From the NCBI GenBank assembly GCA_964643135.1, contig CAZXPC010000004.1, forward strand, positions 4,716 to 68,715: 64,000 nt of DNA, read 5' to 3'. This document shows, in pieces, positions 47,179 to 57,334 of the stretch. Position numbers and translations under genes: made by a program. Position 1 is the first letter of the stretch. Every line of letters starts with the position of its first letter. Source of the stretch: an uncultured Candidatus Saccharibacteria bacterium. GTDB taxonomy: Bacteria; Patescibacteriota; Minisyncoccia; UBA6257; Colwellbacteraceae. The notes under the pieces are model-generated. The model worked only from the letters and a program-made list of their open reading frames with translations, was not told the origin of the DNA and searched no databases.

Positions 47179-47568
47179 ATGAACTACATCAATATCGGTA
47201 TCCTTATTACAGCCATTTTGTCGACAGTTTTTGTGCTGATTCAGGACCGCGGTTCGGAAGGCGGGGCATTTACCTCCGGCGACATGGGCGGCTTTTACCA
47301 GAAAAGGCGCGGTATGGAAAAGACTATTTTCATTATGACCGTCTTATCGATTGCCTCTTTTGCCGGTTTCTCGCTTCTCAGAATCACTCACTTGGGCAAC
47401 GTTGCACCGGCGCCAATCAGCGCCAACCCGATCGAGATTAAGACTGATAACCCGAATGTTAAGGTCACGACGACTCCTGTTCCGCCCGGAACAACTGCGC
47501 CCGCCCCTGCGCCAACAACTCCAACACCAGCTCCGGCACCGGCCCCTGCTCCAGCGCCTGCTAAATAA
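47179..47568 (+). CDS. secG: Preprotein translocase SecG with a Pro/Ala-rich tail
   Basis: VLIQDRGSEGGAF...RRGMEK, two TM helices. Confidence 0.85.
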   Translation: MNYINIGILITAILSTVFVLIQDRGSEGGAFTSGDMGGFYQKRRGMEKTIFIMTVLSIASFAGFSLLRITHLGNVAPAPISANPIEIKTDNPNVKVTTTPVPPGTTAPAPAPTTPTPAPAPAPAPAPAK

Positions 47569-47571
47569 ACC

Positions 47572-47870
47572 CCCGCCTCCGAATCTGCCTCTGCCCCTCG
47601 GAACCACAGGTGATCTCTACTGAAACTCGCCCTCCCTCATCCCACTCCGGGAAACACAATAATTTCTTGCTAGAAATTTTGTTTTTGCTCACCCGTCTTC
47701 ACGGGCTTGCGCAGATTCCCTTCATGGAACAAGGTCGGGCTAGTCTACATAGCCAAAGAACTCGGTTTCGCTCTGAGGAAACTGCGGAGGCGGGTAGCCG
47801 AGCGGTAGGGAATTTTTTCAGTAGAAAAAATATCCTGGTTCCGAGGGGCGGAAGCGAGTTCGGAGGCGGG
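47572..47870. repeat. Mosaic structured intergenic element C with imperfect ~35-bp terminal inverted repeats
   Basis: CCCGCCTCCGAA...GCCCCTCGGAACCA at the left, TGGTTCCGAGGGGC...TTCGGAGGCGGG at the right; two inverted modules. Confidence 0.85.
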
Positions 47871-47905
47871 TTCTCTAAATAAGAACTTTGAGATAAAATA
47901 CTATA

Positions 47906-49504
47906 ATGCGGATCAAAAAAATCTTTACTTCTCTAAACAAAACCGAGGCAATGGTCCTGATAGGAGCCTTCCTCATCTTTGTCCTCTCGGCATCTATTAA
48001 AGTGGCTTTATATGTTGAGTCGAATACCAGGATTGTTCCCGCTAAGGGCGGCGAGCTGAGGGAGGGAATGCTCGGCCAGCCGGTTTTTATCAGCCCGGTT
48101 ATCCCGACGACCAACACCGACCGGGAACTATCGAAGCTCGTTTTCGGAACGCTTGACGACATTGCTGACAGCATCACGCATTCCGGCGATGCGGCTGACG
48201 GAAAGACCTGGAACGTCAGAATTAAGCAGGGAGTTCTTTGGCAAGACGGCAAACCGGTAACTTCCGACGACGTGATTTTCACGCTCGGAGTAATCCAAGA
48301 CAAAGCCAACAACTCGCCTCTTTTTAGTTCGTTCCAGGGAATCACAGCAGAAAGGGTGAGTGAACTCGAGGTCAAGTTCACCCTACAGTCGGCCTACGCC
48401 CTTTTCGACGAGGAGAACCTGAAGAGCCTCGGCCTTATTCCCCAGCACCTCTTTTCCGACTCGGAGATCCAAAATGCGATTAAGCTTTCGGTCTATGGAC
48501 TGAAGCCGATCGGATTCGGACCATACCAGGTAGACTCGTATGACAAGGATGACCGCGGTTTTATCAGCGCTTTGTATTTGAGCTCAAACTCAACTTACTT
48601 TAGGGGCGAGCCGAATATTTCAAAATTTACAGTTAAATTTTATAAGAACGACGCCGATTTGATTAATGCTTATAAGAGAGCGCAGATCGATGCTTTCGGG
48701 TTGGGAAACGCTGCCCCGCTTTTGACGAACCGAGACGGCGGCCTTAAAGACAGCTTGGACATCAGGCATAATCTTTATAACTTAAAGTATTCTGGCTACT
48801 ATGCTCTCTTTATCAACCAAATTTACGACGATAAGAATATTCAGAACATTAAAGTGCGCGAGGCGCTGGCTAAGTCTTTGGACGTTAATAAGATTACGCG
48901 AGATATCTTGGGCGACTACGCGACTCCCCTCTATGGCCCGGTAAGCTCAACTCTGAAAGACCCGGCTACCTTCGACGCCAGCATATTGAGCGGCTTGAAA
49001 GTGACTATAACCTTGCCTGATCAGGACTTTTTGGTAAAAACGGCCGGTGAAATCAAAGCGGCCTGGGAAGCCGCCGGAGTTGAAGTTACTCTTAATACTC
49101 TGCCGCTCGATAAAATCCAAGACGCCATTAAGAAAACCGACTACGAAATAATTCTATTCGGCAACGTGACCGGCCCGTCCGGAGACTTGTTTTCGTTCTG
49201 GCATTCATCGCAAAGATTTTACCCGGGCAACAATTTATCTCTCTATCAAAATAAGAAAGTGGATAATTTGATCGAATCTTTCGGCAAGGATTTTGATGCC
49301 GATAGCCGGACCGCTGACTTGAAGCAAATAAGCGACATAATCGCGGCTGACTACCCGGCGATTTTCCTGTATTCTCCGCAATATATTTACGTGGCCGCGC
49401 CGAGCCTGCGCGGAATCGACCCGAACCTGACTGTCAGTAACTCATACGACCGTTTCCTTAATGTTGAGAAGTGGTACCTCAGGACGAGCCGGGTGTTTAG
49501 ATAG
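47906..49504 (+). CDS. Peptide ABC transporter substrate-binding protein (family 5)
   Basis: WQDGKPVTSDDVIFT, PIGFGPY, FWHSSQ. Confidence 0.92.
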   Translation: MRIKKIFTSLNKTEAMVLIGAFLIFVLSASIKVALYVESNTRIVPAKGGELREGMLGQPVFISPVIPTTNTDRELSKLVFGTLDDIADSITHSGDAADGKTWNVRIKQGVLWQDGKPVTSDDVIFTLGVIQDKANNSPLFSSFQGITAERVSELEVKFTLQSAYALFDEENLKSLGLIPQHLFSDSEIQNAIKLSVYGLKPIGFGPYQVDSYDKDDRGFISALYLSSNSTYFRGEPNISKFTVKFYKNDADLINAYKRAQIDAFGLGNAAPLLTNRDGGLKDSLDIRHNLYNLKYSGYYALFINQIYDDKNIQNIKVREALAKSLDVNKITRDILGDYATPLYGPVSSTLKDPATFDASILSGLKVTITLPDQDFLVKTAGEIKAAWEAAGVEVTLNTLPLDKIQDAIKKTDYEIILFGNVTGPSGDLFSFWHSSQRFYPGNNLSLYQNKKVDNLIESFGKDFDADSRTADLKQISDIIAADYPAIFLYSPQYIYVAAPSLRGIDPNLTVSNSYDRFLNVEKWYLRTSRVFR

Positions 49505-49556
49505 AATTTGGGCGGGTGAAACCTTCTAGCCGCCGAAGTGTTATACATAATAGAGG

Positions 49557-49745
49557 ATGGTGCACCAAATGCCCGAAGACATCCACGTGACTGCGGAAGG
49601 CCACTGTGAGCAGTGCGGAGAGGAGAAGGAACTCCAGAATGGGCAGCTGGTCTGTCCGAGCCTCAACGACGGGAAGCATGCGATTTCTCTGGGGATCAAT
49701 TTCATCCACAACACCCTAGAGAAGGCCCGCAAACACCACCACTGA
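49557..49745 (+). CDS. Small Cys/His-rich (Zn-ribbon-like) hypothetical protein
   Basis: HCEQC...CPS...H; possible CATAAT box and AGAGG before the ATG. Confidence 0.55.
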   Translation: MVHQMPEDIHVTAEGHCEQCGEEKELQNGQLVCPSLNDGKHAISLGINFIHNTLEKARKHHH

Positions 49746-49792
49746 CTAGCACAAAAGTCGGGGGTGGCATTTTTCAAGCCAAAAATGCAAAA

Positions 49793-49821
49793 TTGACATT
49801 AAAAGCCGTTGAGGCTAGAAT
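49793..49821 (+). promoter_or_regulatory. Near-consensus sigma70 promoter for tRNA-Leu/rnj
   Basis: TTGACA-17nt-TAGAAT. Confidence 0.7.
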
Positions 49822-49959
49822 ATAATCAATTACTAAGCTTAAGTTTATAGATATTGTTGCCTCTCCCTAACCCCCTTCGTTACCACGTATTTGAATTTTT
49901 TTTGAATTTTAACGAATAGCTCGCCTCTCTTTATTAGTAATCAGGCCCATTTGCGATAA

Positions 49960-50041
49960 GGGCGGATGGTGGAACTGGCATACACCTGCGTCTCAGAAGC
50001 GCAGTCCGCAAGGATTGAGGGTTCAAATCCCTCTCCGCCCA
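49960..50041 (+). tRNA. tRNA-Leu(CAG)
   Basis: Acceptor GGGCGGA/TCCGCCC, anticodon loop CT-CAG-AA, long variable arm, TTCAAAT T-loop; CCA not encoded. Confidence 0.95.
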
Positions 50042-50086
50042 CAATAGTTATAAAAATAATTAGAAAAATAATATTAATTAATAGGT

Positions 50087-52027
50087 ATGTTAAATACTAA
50101 CACTGGTGCAGCAAGCGACCTTACAGCTAGCCCTTCCACGGCGGAAGGCCAAAAAGCCGAAATAAAAAGCAGCGAGACAAAAAGCAGAGAGTCGAGGCCA
50201 AGAACCGGCGGCCGAGGACCCGGACGATCGGGGGGGCACGGCGGACATAAGTCCGGCGGGCATTCCCATTCCGGCGGCGGACATTCTGGTGGACCTGGCC
50301 ATGTTTCCAAAATAACCTCACCCTTAAAGGCTAAGGTTATTAAAACTGTTAAGCATGAGGGAGCGGCTGATTCAACCCGGCTCGTCCCGCTTGGAGGCTT
50401 GGAAGAAATCGGCCGCAATATGTCTTATGTCGAACACAAGGACGAAATTGTGATTATCGACATGGGCATTCAATTCCCAGAGGAAGAAACGCCCGGCGTG
50501 GATTTTATTATCCCCAACATTGATTCATTGGTGCCGAAACGGGCCAATATCCGCGGCGTGGTTTTGACGCATGCTCACTTTGACCACATCGGCGCCGTCC
50601 CCTACCTAATCGGCCGCTTGGGCAACCCGACAATTTATACGACCAAGCTGACCAAGGCGATTATCGAAAAACGCCAGGAGGAGTTTGTAAACGCGCCGAA
50701 ATTGAACATTGTAGTCGTGGACAGCGGCGACAAGGTTAAGATCGGCAAACAGTTGGAGTTAGAATTCTTCGGCGTGGATCACACGATTCCCGACACGGTC
50801 GGTGTAGTCGTCAAAACGCCTCAGGCTAATATCGTCCACTTTGCCGATTTCAGGCTCGATTATAACGATGCCGACGAACCGCAGCGCTTGGATGAATTTA
50901 AACGGATCGGCGAGCTTGGCATCCACACCTTTATGGTGGACTCGACTAACGCCGACAAGGCCGGACACTCGCTGTCTGAAAAGGTGGTGAAGAAAAACTT
51001 GGAAATCATTATCAATAAGGCGGGCGGGCGCATCATTCTCTCGACCTTCTCATCGATGTTGACGCGTATCGCCGAAATTATTGCGATCTGCGAGAAATCG
51101 AAGCGGAAGGTTTTCTTAAACGGCCGCTCGATGAAAGATGTGGTGCAGATCGCGCAGACTTTGGGCTATGTTAAGTTCGGCAAAGATTCGGTTCTGCCGA
51201 TGGAAGAAATGCACAAGTACAAAGATCATGAGATTATGATCATTACAACCGGCGCGCAGGGCCAAGAAAACGCCGGCCTCATGAAAATTGTGAACGGCGA
51301 GCACAAACACGTAACAATTAAGCAGGGAGATACGATGATCTTCTCATCGTCGGTTATTCCGGGCAACGAGCGGTCAGTGCAGAACCTTAAGGACAACCTC
51401 TGCCGCCAGGGCGCCAAGGTTTACAACACTGATATTATCGACATCCATGCCTCCGGCCACGCGCCCAAGGAAGACTTGGAAATAGTGATCAAGCTGATTA
51501 AGCCTAAATTCCTGATGCCGGTTCACGGCCACTACTTTAAGCGCCACGCGAATGGCGAAAACGGCGTGGAGGCGGGCATGAAGAAAGAAAACATTAAGCT
51601 GTTAGACAACGGCCGAGTTGCACTCTTAACCAACAGCACATTCACAGTTACTGAAGAGGAGGTGCCAGCGCACTACGTGATGGTGGACGGCCTAGGCGTC
51701 GGTGACGTCGGCGAAGTTGTCTTGCGCGACCGGAAGATACTCTCGCAGGAAGGCATGGTGGTCATTATTACGACAATCGACCGCAAGACCGGCAAGGTTT
51801 TAAAGAACCCTGACATAATTTCGCGTGGATTTATCTACCTTAAGGAAAATCAGGAGATCTTGAACGATATTCGAAAGAAAATTCGCATCATTACGGGTAA
51901 GATTCGCGTGGGCGATGCGCTGGACGCAGACTACTTGAAAAACATGATGCGCGACCAGATTGGGCAATACCTCTACAACAAGACTTATCGCCGACCGATG
52001 GTGCTGCCGGTTATTATTGAGATTTAG
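50087..52027 (+). CDS. rnj: Ribonuclease J with a low-complexity N-terminal extension
   Basis: PLGGLEEIGRN, THAHFDHIG, HASGH, RRPMVLPVIIEI. Confidence 0.96.
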   Translation: MLNTNTGAASDLTASPSTAEGQKAEIKSSETKSRESRPRTGGRGPGRSGGHGGHKSGGHSHSGGGHSGGPGHVSKITSPLKAKVIKTVKHEGAADSTRLVPLGGLEEIGRNMSYVEHKDEIVIIDMGIQFPEEETPGVDFIIPNIDSLVPKRANIRGVVLTHAHFDHIGAVPYLIGRLGNPTIYTTKLTKAIIEKRQEEFVNAPKLNIVVVDSGDKVKIGKQLELEFFGVDHTIPDTVGVVVKTPQANIVHFADFRLDYNDADEPQRLDEFKRIGELGIHTFMVDSTNADKAGHSLSEKVVKKNLEIIINKAGGRIILSTFSSMLTRIAEIIAICEKSKRKVFLNGRSMKDVVQIAQTLGYVKFGKDSVLPMEEMHKYKDHEIMIITTGAQGQENAGLMKIVNGEHKHVTIKQGDTMIFSSSVIPGNERSVQNLKDNLCRQGAKVYNTDIIDIHASGHAPKEDLEIVIKLIKPKFLMPVHGHYFKRHANGENGVEAGMKKENIKLLDNGRVALLTNSTFTVTEEEVPAHYVMVDGLGVGDVGEVVLRDRKILSQEGMVVIITTIDRKTGKVLKNPDIISRGFIYLKENQEILNDIRKKIRIITGKIRVGDALDADYLKNMMRDQIGQYLYNKTYRRPMVLPVIIEI

Positions 52028-52031
52028 TCAT

Positions 52032-52364
52032 CCGCCTTCGAAATCCGAATCTACCTTTCGCTTAGCTCTCTCCTCGTCGAGGTGCTTCCAAGCTGTCTCG
52101 GGAGACCGCTCACGGCCGCTTGGCCTAGGGGTTTAGTCTCCCTGCGACAGCTTGCGCGCCAACTCGGGGGAGCTAGAGCTCAGGATAGATTTCGGATTTC
52201 TCTCGGCTATGTAGAGCTAAGAGCCGTAAACCATAGCCCCGCAGGGAACATCGCGCAGGAGCGTAGGCGACGAGCGCGAAGAAAATTTTGAGCACAAAAT
52301 TATTCTGTTTCCCGAGGAGGCTGTGGTTGGAGGCTCGGGGTGGAGATGATATAGCTGGGGGCGC
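52032..52364 (+). repeat. Mosaic structured intergenic element D
   Basis: GAAATCCGAATCTA stem shared with B, CTCGGCTATGTAG linker, module at 52221-52336, 20-nt end shared with A. Confidence 0.8.
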
Positions 52365-52431
52365 GGAGCTCATCACCCGAAAAAGAAAAAGGCCCGCTGA
52401 GAGATGTGAATCTATCGTCGGGTTTTGTCGT

Positions 52432-52653
52432 TTAGAGCCACCAGGCTGGCCAGTCGTCTTTGAAATAGAGCAGTGAGCCCATCATGAATTCGAAGATTGC
52501 CACACTCATGACGCTGAGCCATTCGTCGGCCCAGACTGGGTGAAAAACGACCTGCTCGACGGTTCCGATGAGGAACACGACCATGATGAAGACGATCACG
52601 CCGACGAGCATCCGGATAGAAAGCCGAGTACTCCAGTGCAGATTACTATCCAT
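52432..52653 (-). CDS. Small 2-TM hypothetical protein
   Basis: Two hydrophobic segments; T-rich terminator-like tract downstream. Confidence 0.55.
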   Translation of the reverse strand: MDSNLHWSTRLSIRMLVGVIVFIMVVFLIGTVEQVVFHPVWADEWLSVMSVAIFEFMMGSLLYFKDDWPAWWL

Positions 52654-52699
52654 CCCATCACTACATCTTAGTTATAGCCCTCAGAATTGATCCGGTCAA

Positions 52700-53683
52700 T
52701 TAAATCAACCCAACCTTTTCGCGGACTTCGGCCATGGTTTTTTGGGCGATCTTTTGGGCGGTTTTAGCGCCGGCGGCTAGAACTTTGTTAACCTTGGATT
52801 TGTTCTTGAGGATTTTGGCGCGGTTTTGCTGAATCGGTTTCAGTGCTTTAATAATCAAGTCGGCTAATTCTGACTTAAACTCGGAATATTTTTTATTAGC
52901 TGAGCGCAAGACAATATCTTCCACCGGTAGGCCGGAAAATTCGCTATAGAGCATTACGAGATTCGAAATGCCGGGGCGGTTGACGGGGTCGTAGTCGACG
53001 TTGGACATGGAGTCGGTCACAGCCGACATAACTTTCTTTTTGATAACTTCCGGCGAATCGTGCACAAAGATACAACCCAGCGGCTGAGACTTGGACATTT
53101 TTTTCGACGGATCTTGCAGGCTCATCACGCGCGGCGTTTTGGTCACAACTGCTTTGGGATCTTTAAATGTTTGTCCGAAGCGCGTATTGAAAGATCGGGC
53201 GATGTCGCGAGTAAGTTCGATGTGCTGGCGCTGATCGTCCCCTACTGGAATAGCTTCGGCGTGGTAGAGCAAAATGTCGGCGGCCATTAAAACCGGGTAC
53301 TCAAAGAGGCCGACGTTGGGCACTTGGCCCTCGGCGACTTTTTCTTTGTATTCCACCATGCGTTCCAGCTGGGAAACGGTGATGACGGTGTTAAAAATCC
53401 ACTGTAAATTGGCGTGCTCGGGAACGTCAGACTGAACGAAAAGGACAGACTTTTTTGGATCCAATCCGGCGGCTAGAAGATCAACAGCCAGATCGAAAAC
53501 CCGAGTTTTCATTTCTTCGCGGGTAAACTTCTGGGTCATGGCGTGCAAATCAGCAATGAAGTAAAAACAGCGATATTGGTTCGAGTTCTGCAGATCAACG
53601 GCTTGGCGGAGCATGCCGAGATAGTTGCCGATGTGGAGGTCGCCGGTCGGCTTCACACCGCTTACGATTATGGGTTTGGTCAT
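52700..53683 (-). CDS. trpS: Tryptophan--tRNA ligase
   Basis: SGVKPTG, HIGN, YPVLMAADIL, KMSKS; start set at MTKPII. Confidence 0.97.
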   Translation of the reverse strand: MTKPIIVSGVKPTGDLHIGNYLGMLRQAVDLQNSNQYRCFYFIADLHAMTQKFTREEMKTRVFDLAVDLLAAGLDPKKSVLFVQSDVPEHANLQWIFNTVITVSQLERMVEYKEKVAEGQVPNVGLFEYPVLMAADILLYHAEAIPVGDDQRQHIELTRDIARSFNTRFGQTFKDPKAVVTKTPRVMSLQDPSKKMSKSQPLGCIFVHDSPEVIKKKVMSAVTDSMSNVDYDPVNRPGISNLVMLYSEFSGLPVEDIVLRSANKKYSEFKSELADLIIKALKPIQQNRAKILKNKSKVNKVLAAGAKTAQKIAQKTMAEVREKVGLI

Positions 53684-53690
53684 ATTTAAA

Positions 53691-56600
53691 TTATAGCTTT
53701 TTGAGGCCGATCCAAACGTCTTCGCCGCTGATTTTGGTTTCGGAAAGGGCGGTGAATTTGTCGGTTTTCTTGTAATGGATGGCAGCGGTGCCGGTGTTGC
53801 TCTTAAGAGCATCGAGGTGGGCTTCGATCGCGGCTTGGATATTTTCGGAAGCCTCGATATAAAGCTCGATCTTGTCGCTCGGCTTCAGATCGGCATCTTG
53901 GCGGAGGGCTTGGACGGCGCGGTTAAGTTCGCGCATGGCGCCTTCGCGTTTTAGATCTTCGGTCAGGTTGGTGTCTAAAATAATTTCTTCCTTAGCGCCT
54001 TTGTCGAAGATCACTTTCTTAACATTAATCTCATCGGACAAGACTTCCAGCAGTTCGCCATCAAGGTTTAGGGGGTTATTTCTAATGGTGAGGCTGGCTA
54101 ACGGCTGACGAACTTTGATATTAGCTTCGGCCCGCTTGGCCAAACCGGCGGCGGCCAGGCGGCGAACTTCTTCCATCTTTTTATTTAGATCTTTGTCGAT
54201 AAATTTGGCGTGAACTTCGGGCCAATTGTCGAGGTGGACGGATTTATCGCCCGCGGCCATGGATTTGTAGAGCGCATCGGCAAAAAAGGGCGCGAAGGGA
54301 GCAATCATTTTCGAGATTTCGAAAATCACAAAAAGCAGAGTTTTAACCATGTCGTTGCGATCGCGGCTGCGGCGGATATACCAGCGCGAGAGGTCGTCGA
54401 CCAGGCTTTCCAGCGAGCGGGCGGCGAGGCCGATTTCATACTTATCCAGGCTATCGGTAGCAAATTGGACGGTTTCGCTGAGGCGGGACAAAATCCACTT
54501 ATCTAAAACGTGGTTAGGGTGCGGGTGCTCGGGCACGGGGTTGGGCGTGTGTTCAAGCGTTTCGGAAAAGAGATATGAGTTGTAGAGAATGCCGAAAAAC
54601 CTACGTGAAACTTTGCCGAGATCGGCTTCGTCAAAATCTTTATTCTCACCGGGCGGATTAACAGTATAGAAATACCAGCGGATGACGTCGGCGCCGTATT
54701 TATTGATCATTTCCCACGGATCGACGATATTGCCCTTTGATTTAGACATTTTTTGGCCGAATTTATCGTGGATTAGGCCAAGCGAGATCACGTTTTTGTA
54801 AACTTCTTTCCGGCCGAGAATGACACCCACCGCGAGCAGAGTGTAGAACCAGCCGCGGGTTTGATCCATGCCTTCGCTGATATAATCCGCCGGGAAACCG
54901 ACGCCGATCTTGTCGATCAGATCTTTATTTTCGAACGGATAGTGGACCGAGGCAAAAGGCATGGCGCCGGAATCAAACCAGACATCAGCCACGTCGGGGA
55001 TGCGCTCCATGCGTACCATTTTCCTAGAGTTCTTTTTGCCTTTATTCTTTGGTATACATTTCTCGCACTTCAAATGGACCCGGTCAATATAGGGGCGGTG
55101 AAGGTCAACTTTGCCGACCTTGTTGTATGAAATATTTTTGAAAATGATCTCGCGCCACTCGCCCGGCTGGAGCGGAACCACTGCCATGGAATCTTCGTTA
55201 GAAAGATTCTTCACGGCGGCCTCGAGCATCCAGAGAGGATCGCCGTGGCTTACAATCAAAATAGTTTTGCCTTCATGGGCTGAATCTACTTCATCCAAGA
55301 ATTGGAAAACCCTCTCTTTTACTTGGGTCAGAGTTTCCCCGCCTGAAGGGGCCTTAAGGAATTTCTCGGTAACGTTGTCGAAAAAGCTGTTATATTCTTT
55401 GGAAGTTTTCCAGTTGAAAATACCGGCATTGATTTCGCCCAAACGCTTGTCCTCGATAACCTTGGCGCTGATAGTTTTGCTCAATATTTTGACCGTCTCT
55501 TTAGCGCGAGCGAAAGGCGAAACGTAGATGAGGTCGATTTTTTCTTTTTTGAGGGCTTTCGCGGCAGCATCGGCGGCAGCCTTGCCTTCTTTGGTTAAGT
55601 GAGAAATTTTGCCCTTGGTTTCGGGGCCGGAAGCCATAACATCTTTAACATTATGTTCGGCTCCGCCGTGGCGCATCAGAATAAAGCGGTTGTTTTGAAC
55701 GGCGCTGGACTCAAGGTCGGCCAGGCTTTCTACAACCTTCACGTGGCCTTCTTTACACTGCCAGATCGGCAGAGGGGTGGCCCAATATCTTTCGCGCGAG
55801 ATAGCCCAATCTTTAGCTTCTTTGATCCATTCGCCGAACCGGCCGGTTTTGATTGAAGCGGGAATCCAGTTGACCTTATTATTAGCGGCCATCAATTTGT
55901 CACGCAAAGTCGACATAGCGATAAACCACGAATCCATGGCGTAATAAAGAAGCGGGGTCGAACAGCGCCAGCAAAAAGGATATTCGTGGGTATAAGGTTC
56001 GGTTTTGACTAGGAAATTTTCTTTGTCGAGATGATCGAAGATGCGCGATTCGGTGTCTTTCGCTTTGGCGTAAAAACCGCCGAGCTTGGGCACGTCTTTA
56101 ATGAAGAGGCCGGACTTCTCAACGGTGTGATGCTGAGGAAGCCCTAGCTTTTTGCCTAAGTTGTAGTCGTCTTCACCATACATGACGGCCGTGTGGACCA
56201 CTCCGGTGCCGTCGGTTGTCGTTACAAAATCAGCCGGGTAGACATGATAAGCTTTTTTGGCTGTTTGGCTTTTTTGCTGGAAGGGCTTAATGTCCCAAAG
56301 CGGCTCGTAAGCCAGGCCAACCAAATCTTTGCCTGTTAAAACGCCTATTTCTTTGCCTTTGGTGGTCTTAGCAAGAGGCATGTCGTGGAAATAGACGCCC
56401 TCTTTGTCGTGGATATCCTTGGCGATAATCCAATATTCCGGCTCGCCCGACCGACTGGCACCGCCGACTTTGTGTTCGATCGTGACATATTTGATCTTCT
56501 CCCCAACCGCCAAAGCCACGTTGCCCGGCAAGGTCCAAGGAGTTGTAGTCCACGAGAGAATATAAACATTACCGTTGGCTTTTAAATCTTTAGAAATTTT

Positions 56601-57263
56601 CTGACCTTTTTTGACGCGAAATTTGATATAGACCGAGGCGTCGGTTGTCTCTTTATAACCCTGGGCGATTTCGTGAGAAGAAAGCGCGGTACCGCAGCGC
56701 GTACACCAAGGCACAATTTTGTGGCCTTTATAGAGCAGTTTCTTTTGCCAAGCCTGGGCTAAGATCCACCAAAGCGATTCGATATATGTTTTTTTATAAG
56801 TAACGTAAGGATTTTTAAGATCAACCCAGTAGCCGGTGCGCTCGGTCATCCGCTCCCACTCGTCTTTATACTGCCAAACCGATTCTTTGCAGCGCTGATT
56901 GAATTCGGCAATGCCGTATTTTTCGATATCTTTTTTAGACTTGAAGCCGAGCGCTTTTTCAACTGCTATTTCCACCGGCAGGCCGTGAGTATCCCAGCCG
57001 GCTTTGCGGGGCACGTAATAACCCTTCATCGATTTATAACGGGGAATGATGTCTTTATAGCTTCGGGAGAGCATGTGGTGAAGGCCAGGCGAACCGTTGG
57101 CAGTCGGCGGGCCTTCCCAAAAGTTAAATATCTTAGGCGCTTCCTCCCCCTTCATCTGCCTTCGTTGGGCGAGAGATTTTTCGAAAATATTATATTTTTT
57201 CCAAAAGTCGAGAACTTTTTCTTCGAGATTGGGGAGATTGAATTCTTTTATGTTCTTCAGCAT
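53691..57263 (-). CDS. ileS: Isoleucine--tRNA ligase (type 2) with an inserted histidine-phosphatase domain
   Basis: GPPTANG, GWDTHGLP, WTTTPWTL, DQTRGWF, KMSKS; RHG...SHG insert. Confidence 0.95.
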   Translation of the reverse strand: MLKNIKEFNLPNLEEKVLDFWKKYNIFEKSLAQRRQMKGEEAPKIFNFWEGPPTANGSPGLHHMLSRSYKDIIPRYKSMKGYYVPRKAGWDTHGLPVEIAVEKALGFKSKKDIEKYGIAEFNQRCKESVWQYKDEWERMTERTGYWVDLKNPYVTYKKTYIESLWWILAQAWQKKLLYKGHKIVPWCTRCGTALSSHEIAQGYKETTDASVYIKFRVKKGQKISKDLKANGNVYILSWTTTPWTLPGNVALAVGEKIKYVTIEHKVGGASRSGEPEYWIIAKDIHDKEGVYFHDMPLAKTTKGKEIGVLTGKDLVGLAYEPLWDIKPFQQKSQTAKKAYHVYPADFVTTTDGTGVVHTAVMYGEDDYNLGKKLGLPQHHTVEKSGLFIKDVPKLGGFYAKAKDTESRIFDHLDKENFLVKTEPYTHEYPFCWRCSTPLLYYAMDSWFIAMSTLRDKLMAANNKVNWIPASIKTGRFGEWIKEAKDWAISRERYWATPLPIWQCKEGHVKVVESLADLESSAVQNNRFILMRHGGAEHNVKDVMASGPETKGKISHLTKEGKAAADAAAKALKKEKIDLIYVSPFARAKETVKILSKTISAKVIEDKRLGEINAGIFNWKTSKEYNSFFDNVTEKFLKAPSGGETLTQVKERVFQFLDEVDSAHEGKTILIVSHGDPLWMLEAAVKNLSNEDSMAVVPLQPGEWREIIFKNISYNKVGKVDLHRPYIDRVHLKCEKCIPKNKGKKNSRKMVRMERIPDVADVWFDSGAMPFASVHYPFENKDLIDKIGVGFPADYISEGMDQTRGWFYTLLAVGVILGRKEVYKNVISLGLIHDKFGQKMSKSKGNIVDPWEMINKYGADVIRWYFYTVNPPGENKDFDEADLGKVSRRFFGILYNSYLFSETLEHTPNPVPEHPHPNHVLDKWILSRLSETVQFATDSLDKYEIGLAARSLESLVDDLSRWYIRRSRDRNDMVKTLLFVIFEISKMIAPFAPFFADALYKSMAAGDKSVHLDNWPEVHAKFIDKDLNKKMEEVRRLAAAGLAKRAEANIKVRQPLASLTIRNNPLNLDGELLEVLSDEINVKKVIFDKGAKEEIILDTNLTEDLKREGAMRELNRAVQALRQDADLKPSDKIELYIEASENIQAAIEAHLDALKSNTGTAAIHYKKTDKFTALSETKISGEDVWIGLKKL

Positions 57264-57334
57264 GAGCTAAATTCTATCAAAATCAGCCTAGTTTTACTAG
57301 AATTTGACACGATTTTGGCGAGTGTCAAAGGCTC

